A DNA stretch of 64,000 nt from Octopus sinensis (lineage: Eukaryota): NCBI RefSeq assembly GCF_006345805.1, contig NC_043006.1, positions 54,436,001 to 54,500,000 of the forward strand, written 5' to 3'. Shown here one piece after another: positions 40,560-54,492 of the stretch. Position 1 is the stretch's first letter. Each line of letters begins with the position of its first letter. The position numbers and the translations under genes are program-made. The notes below the pieces were generated by a model that was not told where the DNA came from, made no database searches, and saw only the letters and a program-made list of their open reading frames with translations.

Positions 40560-41130
40560 TTGTTGGTTGTGAGCTCTCACCAATGCTTCTGTAACTTTGC
40601 TGCTTGTTAGATGGGAATTGTTGGCCTTATGCAAACCGATTTTTACGTCTGCAAGAGGCAGTCTATGTTAGTCTGGCTTCTACCCTTTGACTTGCCGCGC
40701 ATGGGAAGCTCTACAAGAAGTTTGTGCTCTGCTGGCATAGCACAGGGACATTAAGGCATACGAGCCACCACGCCGTAAGGACCTTATGGTAGCTGAAATG
40801 AATGGAGCAATAATGATTTCATAGCATCACCAGTATTTGATGAGTCCGTGATTTCCTTTTCCATAACTGATGCTATGCTGGACAGCTCCTGTCCATATGC
40901 TTGTCGAACGCGTCTCTCGATATGTCGCTGCAACAATCAGTTGCGACAGACATCAGCAGAACCATAGCTTTATTAAGTTAAGACTCTTCAACATGTCCAC
41001 AATGAACATGGTGCGTGGTCTTCCATGCTGTACAGATAGAGCTGTATCCTTAGTGCCAATATGATCATCTGGATATTCGCTACGAGCATAGTGGTGAGTA
41101 GCGTCAATGAATCTGACATAATTGATGGTC
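40560..41130 (-). mobile_element. Possible very old RTE-type LINE 3' remnant
   Basis: Minus-strand HGRPRTMFIVDMLKS resembles the RTE C-terminal GRP motif; otherwise weak. Confidence 0.35.
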
Positions 41131-42105
41131 ATTGAGGTTTTACAGAAAAAACAGTGAAAGTATAAGGTCAGATCAGATTTCTATGAATAGAACCAACAAA
41201 AATGTACTTACAATATATGTGGCCTTAATAAGCATTAATCTTTTACGGTGTCACTACATTGTGTGTGTATATGTAAACGTCGTTTTAACGTTCACTTTTC
41301 CATGCTCGCATAGCTGAGACATAATTTGTTGAGGGAAGATTTTCCAACGGCCGGATACCCTTCCTGTTGCCAACCCTTAGCTGTTTCCTAGTAAGGTAAT
41401 ATTTACCATGGCCAAACATGTTTTCACGGAGGGTTGGGAAAGAAGGGCACCACTGTCGCACGAAGTCAAGGCAATAACATACAAATATATATATATACAT
41501 ATATTTCAACTGCTAAAAAAGACAAATACGCATGGCCGCAATCAAATGACTGAAACAAGTAAAGGAATTAAAGAGTGTTCGATCCCCGCGAAAAGACCAA
41601 ATGCATTATAAGTGAATTTGATAGACGGAAGTTGTGCGGAAGCCTGTCGTGTATGTGTGTGCGTGCGTACTTTTGTGATACATCTGACAACCGGTGTAGG
41701 TTTGCTTACACCCCCGTAACATAGCGGTTTGACAAAACGGTCCGACAGAATAAGTACCACACTTAAAAATAAATACTATATGGGGGGGGGGGGCTATTTG
41801 CTCGATGAAAACACTTCAGAGTAGTGCTCCATCATGACCGCAGTCAAATAACTGAATCAAGTAAGAAAAAAAAAAAAATAGATACTGCAAAGCCCGAAAT
41901 TGTGTTTGAGTTGCGGGTGGGGGAGAAAGAAAGAGTATGTGTGAACACTAAATCGCTTTTCATTTAATAACCCCATCCGCCACCCCGAACGTCCTACTAC
42001 CCCTCCCCATCTCCTGTATCTTTCTTTTCCTTGCGACATCATATCGTAGTATGTTGTTTACAGCTTTTATCTCCTCCTTAGTACATCTGTGTTTGTTAGT
42101 TTGTT

Positions 42106-42141
<36 letters not shown>

Positions 42142-42383
42142 GGATTTTTTGTAATTCAAAAACCTAGATTTGACAAAATCTCGAAGTCAGTCATTTTATA
42201 GAATAATTACTTAATTCTAAGTCGCTCATGGAGCCTTTTAATATCCAGTCCATATTTTTCGTTTTACACTCACACACATACACATGTAGGTATGTATGTA
42301 TGTATGCACACACACGCGCACGCACAGAGTTAAAATAAGAGAGATAACTAGAACAACTACAGGCTTTCTTTTAGCTCATTTAC

Positions 42384-42414
<31 letters not shown>

Positions 42415-42528
42415 CCTCTCTCAAATGATATCCAAAGTGAGGCTAGGAAGGCAGCATGACTATCTAATTTCGTAAACTAACCGCAATTCCATCATTGCAT
42501 CAGATGGCTTCTTTATATAGCATCTACA

Positions 42529-42740
42529 AGGCGGCGAGCTGGCAGACACGCTAGCGCGCCGGGCGGAATGCTTAGCGGTACTTCGTCTGTCGTTACGTTC
42601 TGAGTTCAAATTCCGCCGAGGTCAACTTTGCCTTTCATCCTTTCGGGGTCGATAAATAAAGTACCAGTTTCGCACTCAATCCCTTCGTCTGTCCTTGTTT
42701 GTCCCCTCTATGTCTAGCCCCTTCTGGACAGTAAAGAAAT
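42529..42740 (+). mobile_element. tRNA-derived SINE, family A (representative full copy)
   Basis: Head ggcggcgagctggcaga..., B-box-like gagttcaaattcc, body gtc(g/a)actttgcctttcatcctttcggggtcgataaa. Other copies at about 1146, 1955-2165(-), 7240-7416, 9380-9605(-), 18025-18260(-), 22478-22690, 47347-47700, 55645-55950 and 56150-56250(-). Confidence 0.88.
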
Positions 42741-43097
42741 ATATGTAGCATCTACCTTACTATTTCGTCATCAGTTCTTTCCTATTAGTTAGTTTCACTC
42801 ACTGGAGTGCGACCTTACTGAAGTACAGCCAGCAGGAGTTTCAGTGAACGATATCAATCCCCAATACTGATTTCATCTCTATATGTCGAACTGTTAAGTA
42901 AAAGCGACAGCTTAAACACACACAAATAAACTTCCATCTACCAGATAATACTCAAAAAGTATTAAAATTGTGTTGAATATCCTTTTCCTCCACCAGCTCA
43001 AGTAATTGAGCTGGTGAACAAGTGCACTATTAGACCACTAGGTATGATCAGACCCCTGTTCTTGCTTTGGAAATCGGGGCAGATAGAGCCTTTAAAT

Positions 43098-43289
43098 CAG
43101 TGCTTTTCAACCTTTTTTGCTGGAGCGGAACCCCAAGGAAACATTCCACTGGCTCGAGGAACCCCTGTGTAATAATTTAATAGTCTTATGCACACATATC
43201 TGCACAGGAAAATTAAAAATTACTGCCGATTTTAGCAGTTTTGTAACTTCTTGCGGAACCCCTGGACTGTACTGGCTTGAAAACCACTG
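43098..43289. mobile_element. hAT MITE
   Basis: TIRs cagtgcttttcaa / ttgaaaaccactg with a perfect 8-bp TSD ctttaaat on both sides. Confidence 0.88.
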
Positions 43290-43594
43290 CTTTAAATATA
43301 ACAGACCATGTATCTTTGGCATGGCCCTGAAATTAAAAAAATTGTGCATATTCTCTGATATTGACTGGATCATTGTTATAATCTTAACTGTGACTGTAAC
43401 TTCTCGACAAGAGAGAATACTCATATCTTTACTGTGGGAGCAACCAGCGGATTCTCGCTGTTATCTATTTTTAATTCGTAATCTCGTGGATTTGACACCC
43501 ATGTACTGCAAAATCGAAACAATGTTCGATGTTGTAACAGTTTATCTCGTTCTCAACCAGAGTCTATATGACCCTTGAGGGTCCATATAAGATT

Positions 43595-44012
43595 CTTATT
43601 TAATTACTACCCACAAGGAACTACACACAGAGGGGACAAACAAGAAAAGACAAAACGGATTAAGTCGATTATATCGACCCCAGTGCGTAACTGGTACTTA
43701 TTTAATCGACCCCGAAAGGATGAAAGGCAAAGTCGACCTCGGCAGAATTTGAACTCAGAACGTAGCGGCAGACGAAATACCTATTTCGTTACTGCCAACA
43801 AGGGGCTACAAACAGAGGGGGCAAACAAGGATAGACAAACGGGTTAAGTAGATTACATCGACCCCAGTGCGTAACTGGTACTTAATTTATCGACTCCGAA
43901 AGGATGAAAAGCAAAGTCTTTCGGCGGAATTTGAACTCAGAACGTAACGGCAGACGAAATACGGCTACGCATTTCGCCCGGCGTGCTAACGTTTCTGCCA
44001 GGTCGTCGCCTT
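43595..44012 (-). mobile_element. SINE family A tandem dimer
   Basis: One full unit plus one headless unit, joined at about 43780. Confidence 0.88.
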
Positions 44013-44199
44013 CATTATAAGATTCTGTTCGGGTCCATATAAGAGCATGTTATTAAAAACTATGTGCATCAAATTGCTTATACTTCTGCAGTATACAAAA
44101 CATTTAAACAATTTTTTTAATACAATTTCTAATAATATTTAATTCTAAAAACATAATCGGTTTTTTTTAAAACATCGAATGTAGCTTCTCGATAAGAGA

Positions 44200-45030
44200 G
44201 AATACTTGTATCCTTACTGTCGGAGCAACCAAATGTATCTATGTTCTTGTAGATAGTGACAATGTTGGCATCCCGTTGATCTGTGTAAATGTGTGCGTGT
44301 GTTTGTTTCAGTCGTTATTTCCATTTCAGCAGAGTATGAAAACAATTGCAGCGTGGAAGGTGTTTGTAAGCCATTTAAGAAACACACAAAAGCCGTTCGA
44401 TTCACTTCAACATTTAAGTTTAATTTGTCAAAATATTTTCGTCGCTTTATGACCGCGACCTGTTCACTGACAAAAATCCGTGCTGCAATAGTATGAAAAG
44501 TCGCGAATGTATTATTGATCGTTATTTTAGGCCAATAATTTCCCATAAGGTCTCAGTTCCCTGGGTAAAGGACTACGTTTACTTCGGACATACAATGTCC
44601 TCAACTATATTTTGTTTTTTACTTATAGACCCCTTTGGTTTATATTTTACTATCGACTCGACGGAAACATCTTTTAACATCTAAAGGTTGTAAGATGTCT
44701 AACTCGCGTATCACCTGTAGAATCCTCCATGGTCAGTTCCGCCGTGCTTATCGCCAGACTAGTGGGCGAAATAATCGATTCAGTGGCCAGTTGAAGGCTA
44801 CTTTCAAGAGGAGTAACACCAGCTCCTCAATAGTGGAATAAATCGCTGCCAAGCGTTTCACTATGGCATTCACGCATTCTCACTAACGGAGAAAGATTGA
44901 AGATACGGAGAAGAAATACAAAACAACTACAACCAGGAGAGACGAGTAAAGAGACATGCTCTCAGATTCAATACTCCTGTGTCTCCAACCAAATAGTCAC
45001 ATATCTACAACCCGCAAGTTGAACATCGAG
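44200..45030 (+). mobile_element. Highly decayed RTE-type LINE
   Basis: Fragments WVKDYVYFGHTMS (FxYLG motif) and MSNSRITCRILHGQF...GRNNRFSGQLKATFKR (the MxDxRxxKxxLYGEL..GR..R.KD.LK region). Confidence 0.6.
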
Positions 45031-45139
45031 GAGTGAAATACATAGCCAAAGGATCCGCTGTTGAAGAAGATGGCCGCTATCAAACTCGATGGATAGTCAA
45101 TCCGTTATTAGTAAATAAACCACTGTTGGTGACTGCTAG

Positions 45140-45390
45140 AAAGACATTTGACTACTATTTTATTCTGGTGAAACCCCCATCGCCACTTGATGTTTAAAAA
45201 CTAGTTTTATAGAAACTTATTTCAAAATTCCTATTTTGTTTTTCGCACATTAACTTGTGTAGGTTGAACTATGTAAAATGTTAAAGAAACCCATCTAAAG
45301 AAAAAAATTTTCAGGAGCCCTTAAAGGAACCCTATTGTAGACAATTTACTATTTTGTTGCGTGGACCCCCAAAAATCTTATATTGACCTT
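45140..45390. mobile_element. Partial hAT MITE, same family
   Basis: Internal similarity to 21995-22332; termini are missing. Confidence 0.65.
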
Positions 45391-45434
45391 CTGATTTAGA
45401 TGATTTCCCAATCATATACTAAAAATATGTACAA

Positions 45435-45812
45435 GGGCGTAGGAGTGGCTGTGTGGTAAGTAGCTTGCTTACCAGCCACATGGTTCCGGGTTCAGTCCCA
45501 CTGCGTAGCACCTTGGTGTCTTCTACTATAGCATCGGGCCGACCAAAGCCTTGTGAGTGGATTTGGTTGACAGAAACTGAATGAAGCCCGACGTATATAT
45601 GTACATATGTGAGTGTTTGTGCGTCTGTTTGTCCCCCCAACATCGCTTGACAACCAATGCTGGTGTGTTTACGCTGGTGTGTAACTTAGCGGTTTGGCAA
45701 AAGAGACCGATAGAATAAGTACTAGGCTTACAAAGAATAAGACCCGGGGTCGATTTGCTCGACTAAAAGCGGTGCTCCAGCATGGCCGCAGGCTGAAACA
45801 AGTAAAAGAGTA
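45435..45812 (+). mobile_element. tRNA-derived SINE, family B (CORE-like, internal TA/TG microsatellite; representative)
   Basis: A-box-like tggctgtgtggt, B-box-like ggttcagtccc, tail ctgaaacaagtaaaagag. Other copies at about 1262-1545, 7180-7640(-), 8960-9760(-), 11110-11470, 16883-17240(-), 17825-18400(-), 18765-19178, 32185-32525, 33038-33382, 34365-34672, 41535-41865, 50270-50605(-), 60205-60588(-) and 62200-62362(-). Confidence 0.88.
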
Positions 45813-46262
45813 AGGGACTTTTTGGCAATAATTGGACAGGATTAATTGGGGTTTTTTTTTACAGAAATATTACCTTTTTATACATGTGTATGTGAAAATA
45901 TTTTTATAAAATTCGTGTCTATAGCTCTAGATTATTTTTATTTCACTTTAACATAAAATGGGGTCAACTATACACTTTCAAAGCTTTTGATGTATTTCAA
46001 TAGAAATTGTTTTTCGCGCATACAAGTTCTTTTACACACACACACACACACACACAGGTGTATGACAACTTGGAATCAATCAATGCATTGGTATTTTAAG
46101 TGAAAAATCAAACCGAGACATGGTAAACAATCCCCCGTTACAAAGAGGAAAGAGAAAAAAAAGATAAACTTTCACTGTCTTCATCCCGTTTGACGCCTCG
46201 TAAACAGACTTTCAGGTTTTGAAAGATGGTCAGTCTGTCACACACACATACACACACACTCC

Positions 46263-46295
<33 letters not shown>

Positions 46296-46609
46296 GACCA
46301 CGACTTCCTTTGCCTGCCCATTACACGCCACTAAGTACTTTTGGGGGTATACTTGAACAAAAAGATTAAACTATTTTAAGTGGACACGGTAAATGGACGG
46401 GCTTGGTTGCTTAACCTTTGTGATCTTCTTGTTGGCTTGGTCAGTAACTAAGGCGTGGGAGGGATGATGGCGGCGGTGGTGGTGGATCTCTCGGACGAAG
46501 TCTGTTGACCATTGGTCAAATTTTTGATGAGTCATCACATTTATTTTATTCACTGGCGATAATGAGTCTGTCAGCACGACATTTTTTGTTTTTTTCTCTT
46601 TTATATATA

Positions 46610-46642
<33 letters not shown>

Positions 46643-47126
46643 CTTTTTCTGTCTTCTTCCGCATCCCGCTACCACACCCATATACCCCCAAAGAAAACTA
46701 TTTTAATAACAACAATTAAGAAAAGAAGAGCGTTGATTAAAGACACAGAAAGAGAAAGAGAGAGGAAAGGAAAGGAAAGTGTGTGTGTGTGTGCATGCAT
46801 TCTCAAGGTTGTCTTTACCAAGTCTATGGGGATTTGTTTTCAAGAGAATGGTTTCAGCAGAGTTCTCTCTCTCTCTCTCTCTGCTGTGAATCCGGTTCTT
46901 ACTTTCATTGTTCAACCACTGAACTTACTTGTCCAGCTGCTTTCTCTTTCAAACTGTCCGGAACGCACTTAATGTTGGCTATCGTCGTCTTAACTTGTGG
47001 CTGAGATCTGACGCCTATAATTTAAATACCCTTCGCAGCAGGCATAGTGATATGTGTGTCTATGTATGTATGTGCCTATGTATCTGTATATAAATACACA
47101 CAGACTCGCACATTATATATATATAG

Positions 47127-47159
<33 letters not shown>

Positions 47160-48298
47160 GACTGAGAAAGAGAACCTATTAAGCGCTACAAAACGACCTT
47201 GTTTTGACACTCAATCACTTTTGTCATTTGATCGACATTAAATCCTTCTACAACTTCCCTATTGGTACCAAACTCGATTTACCACGGTTAGCAAAAAAAT
47301 AAAATGAAATAAAGAGCAATAAAATTTTAGAATGTGAGCATAAAAGGGTAGCGAGCTGGCAGAATCGGTAGAGCATCGGGAAAATGTTTTGCGAAGTTCC
47401 TTTAGTATCTTTACATTTTAAGTTCAAATTCCGCCGATGTCTACTTTGCTTCTCATCCCTTACGGGTCGTCGTTATCATCAGTTAATGTCAGTTTTAACA
47501 TGCTGGAATGGGTTACACGGTGTTTATCAGGAGCGGTGTTTCACCCGTCGCTACGTTCTGAATTCAAATTCCACCGAGGTCAACTTTGCTTTCATCCTTT
47601 CGGGTTCAATAAATTAAGTACCAGTGAAACACTGGGATCGATATAATTGACTAGCCCCATCCCCAAAAATTTCAGGCCTTGTGCCTATAGTAAAAAGGAT
47701 TATTATTATTATTAAAGGATGTGTTGCTTGTTTATCCGCAGGTCAACTGTGATGGAAAGTATTCTAATGATGACCATTTCATGATTTTTATATGTATATA
47801 GTGCTACGCGATGTACACCATAAGTTTGCTACAGCAAATAGTTCTATCTTAGGTTACTCATGTTTAAAAATATAAGTATCAGACCATCTTATAAGTACTT
47901 CATATCATGAAAGCAGAGTTGAAATACAAACTCCTAAAAGGCGTCCCATGATTTTACGTGGCTTTTACTTACAATTTTGTGTATGTGCTGTCGGAGGTAC
48001 TTGAACCAATACGCGCGCTCAACACCATCCCTAAAATTGCTTGTAAGTGTAAGGAAACCTTTTAAGAAATTATATTACAGGATAGCTTTGTCACTGGCTG
48101 TAAGAACTGATCTTGAACTCTGCTTGTCCAATTCGTTTGACTATAAAGTATAGATAACCACAATGTAGCTCACCTTTGTATTTCATTGCATTGCGGTGCT
48201 GAGTTAAAGATCAAATATCCAAAAGAATGAAAGGTGGGAGTAAAAAAAATTCTTTAATTGAATCAATTAAAACGGCGAGTCCGATATCTGATTTGTGT

Positions 48299-48668
48299 AC
48301 TCTCTTTTACTTGTTTCATTTATTTGACTGGGGTCATGCTGGAGCACTGCCTTTAGTCGAGCAAATCGACCCCAAGACTTGTGTTTTGTAAGCCTAGTAC
48401 TTATTCTATCGCTAAGTTACGGGGACGTAAACACACCAGCATCAACACATCACGTCAAGCGACGGGGGGGGGGGGCAAACAGACACACACACATTTGTAC
48501 TTATATTGGACGGGATTCTTTGAGTTTCCGTCTACCAAATCCACTGACAAGGCTTTGGTCGGCCCGAGGCTATAGTAGAAGATACTAAGGTGCCACGCAG
48601 TGGGACTGAACCCGAAACCATGTGGTTGGTAAGCAAGCTACTTACCACACAGCCACTCCTGCGCCTAT
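48299..48668 (-). mobile_element. SINE family B
   Basis: Full-length reverse-complement copy. Confidence 0.87.
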
Positions 48669-48923
48669 GTGTGTTGAAATTGTTAAGAAATCTTGGTCAA
48701 TAACTGACGAGGGATGAACGTATCCACGTCCGTCGTGTTTTTCCTGTTTTCCCTCTGTACCTTTGTCGTCTTCCTATTCCTCACCGCGCGCGTACACACA
48801 CACACCTATATGTATGGTCACTTCAGCAGTGTAACTACTCGTGTTGTTGGTGATTTCTTTTCCTTCTTTGGACTTCTCCTTTCACCATTCCGAACAAGAG
48901 TTATGCTCGAAACCTCAAACTCT

Positions 48924-48957
<34 letters not shown>

Positions 48958-49527
48958 GTAACAAACTGAGGAAAAGAAATCCTTCAAAGGAGTGTGTTAA
49001 ATATCCAATCCATAGTATTTAATGTAATATTGTAATATAAATAAATTATTGGATTGTCAATAGTATACCTATATATATATCACTGTGTTTTTACCTTCAA
49101 GCCGATGATTAGTTGAAACCTGATCGCAGCAAACAAGCTGCTGGCTCTTCTGAGCTGTTGTAATCGACAGAAAATAATATCACGAACTGCTTCCGTAATG
49201 TGTTTCCACCAGCTTACATTATCTGAAATCTTTACTTGATTATCTTACATACTTTTAACATTATTTGTTTACATCTGCCTCGCTGTTTTCAATTCATGTT
49301 CGACGTTTGTTCACCTGGCAAATCTTACGTGATACGGTTTCTGCTATTTGTGTCATCCACTAAGTGGTAAAACATTAGACATACCCAAGGAAAATGAAAA
49401 CTGTAGAACATTTCCATGCCGTTATAAGGGAGATACTGACTCGAACAGTTCTCTGATACGTTATCAATATAAGACCCTTTGACATCCAGAAGTACTCTGT
49501 CAAATTTAATGCGTATTTATTCACATA

Positions 49528-49895
49528 GGCGCAGGCATGGCTATGTGGTAAGAAGCTTGCTTCCCTAGCACATGGTTCCGGGTTCAGTCCCACTGCGTGG
49601 CACCTTGGCCAAGTGTCTTCTACTATAGGCCCGGGTGGACCAAAGCCTTGTGAATGGATTTGGTAGACGGAAACTGAAAGAAGTCCGTCGTGTATGTGTG
49701 TGTACCCACCACCACTTGACAACGGGTGCTGGCGTGTTTACGTCCTCGTAAATTAGCGGTTCGGCAAAAAGAGACCGATTGAATAAGTACCAGGTTTTAA
49801 AAAGTATGTACTGGGATCGATACATTCGACTAAAAATCTTTCGAGGCGGCGCCTCAGAATGGCTGCAGTCTAATGACTGAAACAAGTTAAAAATA
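49528..49895 (+). mobile_element. SINE family B
   Basis: Full-length copy. Confidence 0.87.
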
Positions 49896-51379
49896 AAAGT
49901 TAGCTTTGAATTATTTACATCACTGAAATGTCGAAGGTATGTGTAGGAGGCAGGATCTGGTTTGGGATCTTTTCATTTTGAAGGCCAGATTTTCCTAGAT
50001 AACTAAAAAATTTGAAACTTCGTATACTGGTAGAATGTGTCAAAAGAAAACATTATTGTAAACAAAATTGAAATGAAAAGATCCTCTGGCTGGTTGGAAC
50101 GGAAAACAGGTAGAATATTTGCGCCGGCTATGACCGGTTTAAAGAGATAAAACCTTTTCGTTCGATTCTAACGTCTCTTAGAGGATGGTTAAAATTCATG
50201 ATTCGTTCAGCTGTTTAAAACATACATCCGTCGAGATCCTATTTAGTTTTTTGTTAGTTTGTTTTTTTACTCGTTTAAAATATCGAACTGCGGCCAAGCT
50301 AGTGAAATATTTAGTAAAATAGATCAACTCCAGTAGTTAATTTTTCTTCATTTGACACTTATTTATCGGTTTCTTGTGCCAAATCGCTATGTTTCGAGTA
50401 CGTAAAATAACCAACAGGCGATGATGAGGGGATAAATACAAACAAGATACATACATATACGACGGGCTTCCACATAGTTTCCGTCAACCAAATTCATAGG
50501 TCGGCTCGCAACTTTAATAGAAAACACTTGCTCAAGGTACCGCAGAGTGGGACTTGAACTAGAATCCATGTGGTTGCAAAGCGAGTTTCTTACCCTCACA
50601 GCCATGCATGTGTCTGAACCAAATTAAATTATTTCAATTTCTTGTAGTCTAAAAGAACCACAAGTACGTCATAGAGGGATCCTAGTTGCTCCGCAGATGA
50701 ACATCTTCAAGACTCCAAATAGGCATGCACGATGTATAGTGGAGAATACACTTTACCGAGTATTTACATAAATACAACTTCTTCTTAGATCTCTGGATGA
50801 CTCTGAATTTGTAATCGAATTAAATAGTTATGCTGTGACAAGGGTCGTCTTATCAGCATCATAGACCCCGAAAAAAATCAATAGACTGGGCGCTATAGTA
50901 CCTGACAGCAAGTTACAGCATTCATAGATCAGAACTAAGCCTCTATACCACCGAGTAAACCAATGCATATAGTATTTACTTATTAACAGCAAGCCAGTAT
51001 ATACATAGAATTGGTCCCCTAGATCCGTAAGGACCTCAAGTAACTGAATATTTTGCCCATGACTTAAGATGTAGTCACAGCCAAGACTCATATTACTGGT
51101 GAAGGCTTGGCCATATAGTTATATTCGCTTTGCAACTTCGTGGTTTCGGGGCCGATGTCGCTGCGTACCGCCTTCGATGCGTGTCTTCTTTCATAGCCAT
51201 GAATTGACCAGTGATTCGAATATGGTAGATGGAAATTGTACTAAATTTCTAAAACACACTTAATTGCTAAGTCCTCTACTGCTAACTGGACCACCAGCAT
51301 GGTATAGTTATTGTCTGACTTGTGTTATTATTGCCCCAGTAATGGTGGATGTCCTGTGAAGAGCTTATATTATGAAAAT

Positions 51380-51900
51380 ATTTAAATGTTTTTTTCTCGT
51401 AATGATATCTAATATGGATGGCAACGAATACTGCATTCCAAAAACTTCTAACTTGCGTCTATCTTCAGATTTTAGGATCGACGTTTCCGGGGCGTAGGCT
51501 GCGATTAGGAAAATAAAGGTATTGTTAAGCCTAAGTTTGAGTTGTGAGCTGATGTCCCCCATCCCATCTCCTGTTCTAGATCGTATTTCGAAGACTTCCA
51601 AATGTTGTAGATGCTAGTGAGTGAAAGCTGTCTTTTCACGTTTTCTAATTCATTTAGTCTTTATTCTGTCGCGAAACACAAACGTTCTGACGTGTTCTAC
51701 TTTAGAACTAACTAGTGTAAGTTTGATAATTTTTTTTGCTGAATACATCAGCCATCGCTTGTATTCGAGTGTATGGCTTGAGAACAAAAGACATTTCACT
51801 CTTACATATGCCCGTAGACCAAAGGTGCCGATTCTTCTATGCGCGCAGAATAGTGTTAATAGTGTCGGTGTAAAAGATCTTGCTCTGACCTAGTAGAGTC
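51380..51900 (-). mobile_element. Decayed RTE-type LINE fragment
   Basis: LKLRLNNTFIFLIAAYAPETSILKSEDRRKLEVFGM matches the RTE post-RT motif K.RL....V..I..Y..E.W.L...D..KL..FEM. Confidence 0.65.
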
Positions 51901-52439
51901 AAGGTGTGCCATAGATTATTATATTTAAATAATTTAAGGTTTTAGAGAAACCTCTATTAATGCTGGAGTGTCTTGAAGAACGTGTTATAATTTTTATACA
52001 CAAGTATGAATAGTTTCCAAGCGAAGTGCATTCATGCTTTTTAAAATTAATCTCCAGGCCCATGAAGTTGATAAAAAAACAAGAAACTGAACACTCTTAG
52101 TATAAACCTCTTTCTCTTTGTTTCTTCTATTTCAAATGTAAATTTTAAAAAATATTATTCAGTCACAAAGATCTACTTCGTTGAAATACTACCTGTTCAC
52201 ATTCTTATAAAGAACGTCATAAGCGCCCTCTTCAATGGCTTCCACACTTCGGCCCGTTGTCGAACACGGCTTTGCACCGGACAGACTCAACACTAGGTTT
52301 ATTATTTGCGCGCTGCATGAAGATTCACTGTACTTCATGAATGAATAATTAACAGTTCAACAACTTTTTCTCTGTGTATCGATCATACAATGCGCGTAGG
52401 TCTGAGCAGAGTATAACAAGCAGGAATGCACTATTGCAC

Positions 52440-52938
52440 GGTACTATTTAAGAAGAGTGGTCCCAGTGCGCGCACTTGCGTACTCGCGTTAGCTAGTCAT
52501 GATTAGTCAATCAAACGACTACCTATCCTATAACACATGTTCATACAAATTCGGTTGAAAGTTATTAGAAGAACGTAAAACGACGTTTTAAGAGTATGAT
52601 GGGGGTACCAAAAACAGGTAGAGTGTTATTTTTATTTAATTTTTTTTTAATTATTTACGTTGTTTAGGAAAAAAAAATTATTTACTTTGCTTTTGTTTTA
52701 TTTACTTTGGGTAAAAAAATATTTATTTTATTTTTAAAAAACCCTATTTGTTTTTTTAAAAAAACGTCTAAGTTATGATGGAGATACCAAACGTTTATCT
52801 AATAACTTTCAACCGAATTTGTATGAACATTTGTTATAGGATAAGTAGTCGTTGTAGGATCGACTAGTCACGGCGAGCTAGCGCGGATGCACGAGTACGC
52901 GAGTGCGCGTACCGGGACCACTCTTCTTAAATAGTACC
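52440..52938. mobile_element. Long-TIR MITE (MULE- or Merlin-like)
   Basis: About 140-bp inverted repeats starting ggtactatttaagaagagtggtccc, an AT-rich centre, and a 9-bp TSD ctattgcac / ctattgtat. Confidence 0.85.
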
Positions 52939-53299
52939 CTATTGTATTATCCTGATAGTTTTATTTGACATCGATAATTGAACTCCTTGCATACCGATTC
53001 GAAATCCCGCTGAGATCGGCTTTACCTTTCATCCTACTTGTCAAAGGCAGTAAATTGGTGTAAGTGTTAAAGATTGAAGAAAATGATTTGCAGTATTTGT
53101 TCTGATTCTTTACGTTCTGTGTGTCCAAGCAGGTATTAGGGAACTCTAGTGGACAAGACAACGCCTTGTATAAAAAAAAAATACTTTAACTAAAAGAACA
53201 GGAATCAGTTTTGTATTCTCCAACGAAATTTCATGACAGGCATATATAGCGTTTGTCAGGGAAGTCACTAGCAGTCCATTTTCTCAATTTGATGGTACA

Positions 53300-54490
53300 A
53301 AAGCAAAAATTTGTGAACCCCTTCGTCAAATTTAATGTAGGTTTTAATCGAAAGACCGAAGGTTGTTGCCGCGCATTCAAAATTATGCGTAGGATATAAA
53401 CTGAGTCATCACGAAGAAAATTATGCGGAATACATATAGTGGCACCAAATAGTTAGGCGTATATTCCAGCCAGAAACATCACAAATAGCGTTGGAGCAAG
53501 TATACGGCCCTACTCTGGTAGTATTTAGAGAGGACTCCGAGCTAAAATTCCCCAAATAGTCTGATCATCTTGGAACTAACTAACAATCTCCTCAGATTTT
53601 TTCGAACATTCATTATCTTTTAAGCTATCGTAAAAGTTATCGAAAGGTTTTTATAAAGTTGATAAACACAATGAAATGCTGTTTTATAACGTTTTCTTGA
53701 AATTGTCGCAATATCGTTGGTACTCTTAGACTTAGAAATCAGGAAGAATTCGCTTGAATAATTTTAGCAATTGCCCATGCAGTATTTTGACCAAACGTCT
53801 TCCTGCAATCAAAAGAAGACAAATTCTTCGGTAATTTCCAGTCTTGTCGGTCACCCATGTTCTTGTAAGTGGCACATCTTTGAATAGGTGTAGGAAGTTG
53901 CTACATTGCCAACATTCTCCTTTCACCGAAGCTGTTCCCAGTTTCCTTACGTAGATGACAGCTTTCAACTCTTCCATATTCAGCGGTAGAACCAAACTGA
54001 TATCAACTGGAAGCTTTCAGACATTCTAAGACCTCGAGAGAAATTATTGATGGCTAGTCTAGTAGCTCACTAAAATGGTCTTAACAGTATTTATAGTATC
54101 ACTTTCTTCGATGTAAAAGGTGTGAGCCTTCCTTTTTCTTCATTCGAGTTACCATCTTTCTGCAGCTCGTTAAACTTCTCTCGGACTAGCATAGAAGGCC
54201 ATCGCATTTCTAGCCTCAATTCCTGTAGTAATAAGACTTTCGAATTTTTGAGTAAGCTAGTATTTCGTCCATGCAATACAGTTTGATGAATCTTGTACAT
54301 TCGTCGTATCATTTTCAAACTACTTAGCATGCTTGTGATTAGAGACAGACGATCGAGTTGCAGCTTTGGAAATTGCCTCGTGCAGTATCAGTTGGTGGCA
54401 GTGTCTTGCAACATTTTTAATTTGTTGGTCAAATTCGCAGCGAATCGTGGAATCTTTCTTTCCTGTTAAGCTCGTTTGTCCTCACATGAG
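53300..54490 (-). pseudogene. Possible decayed hAT transposase
   Basis: Fragments HCHQLILHEAISK (CxxH-like) and LRLEMRWPSMLVREKFNELQ (TRWxS...RFxEL-like); many stops and frameshifts. Confidence 0.35.
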
Positions 54491-54492
54491 CA

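Noticed and set aside
43107-43578. 153-aa and 105-aa ORFs
   Set aside because: They start inside a hAT MITE and show no recognisable protein similarity.
50650-51090. Possible R4/CRE-like retrotransposon 3' remnant
   Set aside because: Only vague motif similarity; too degraded to support.
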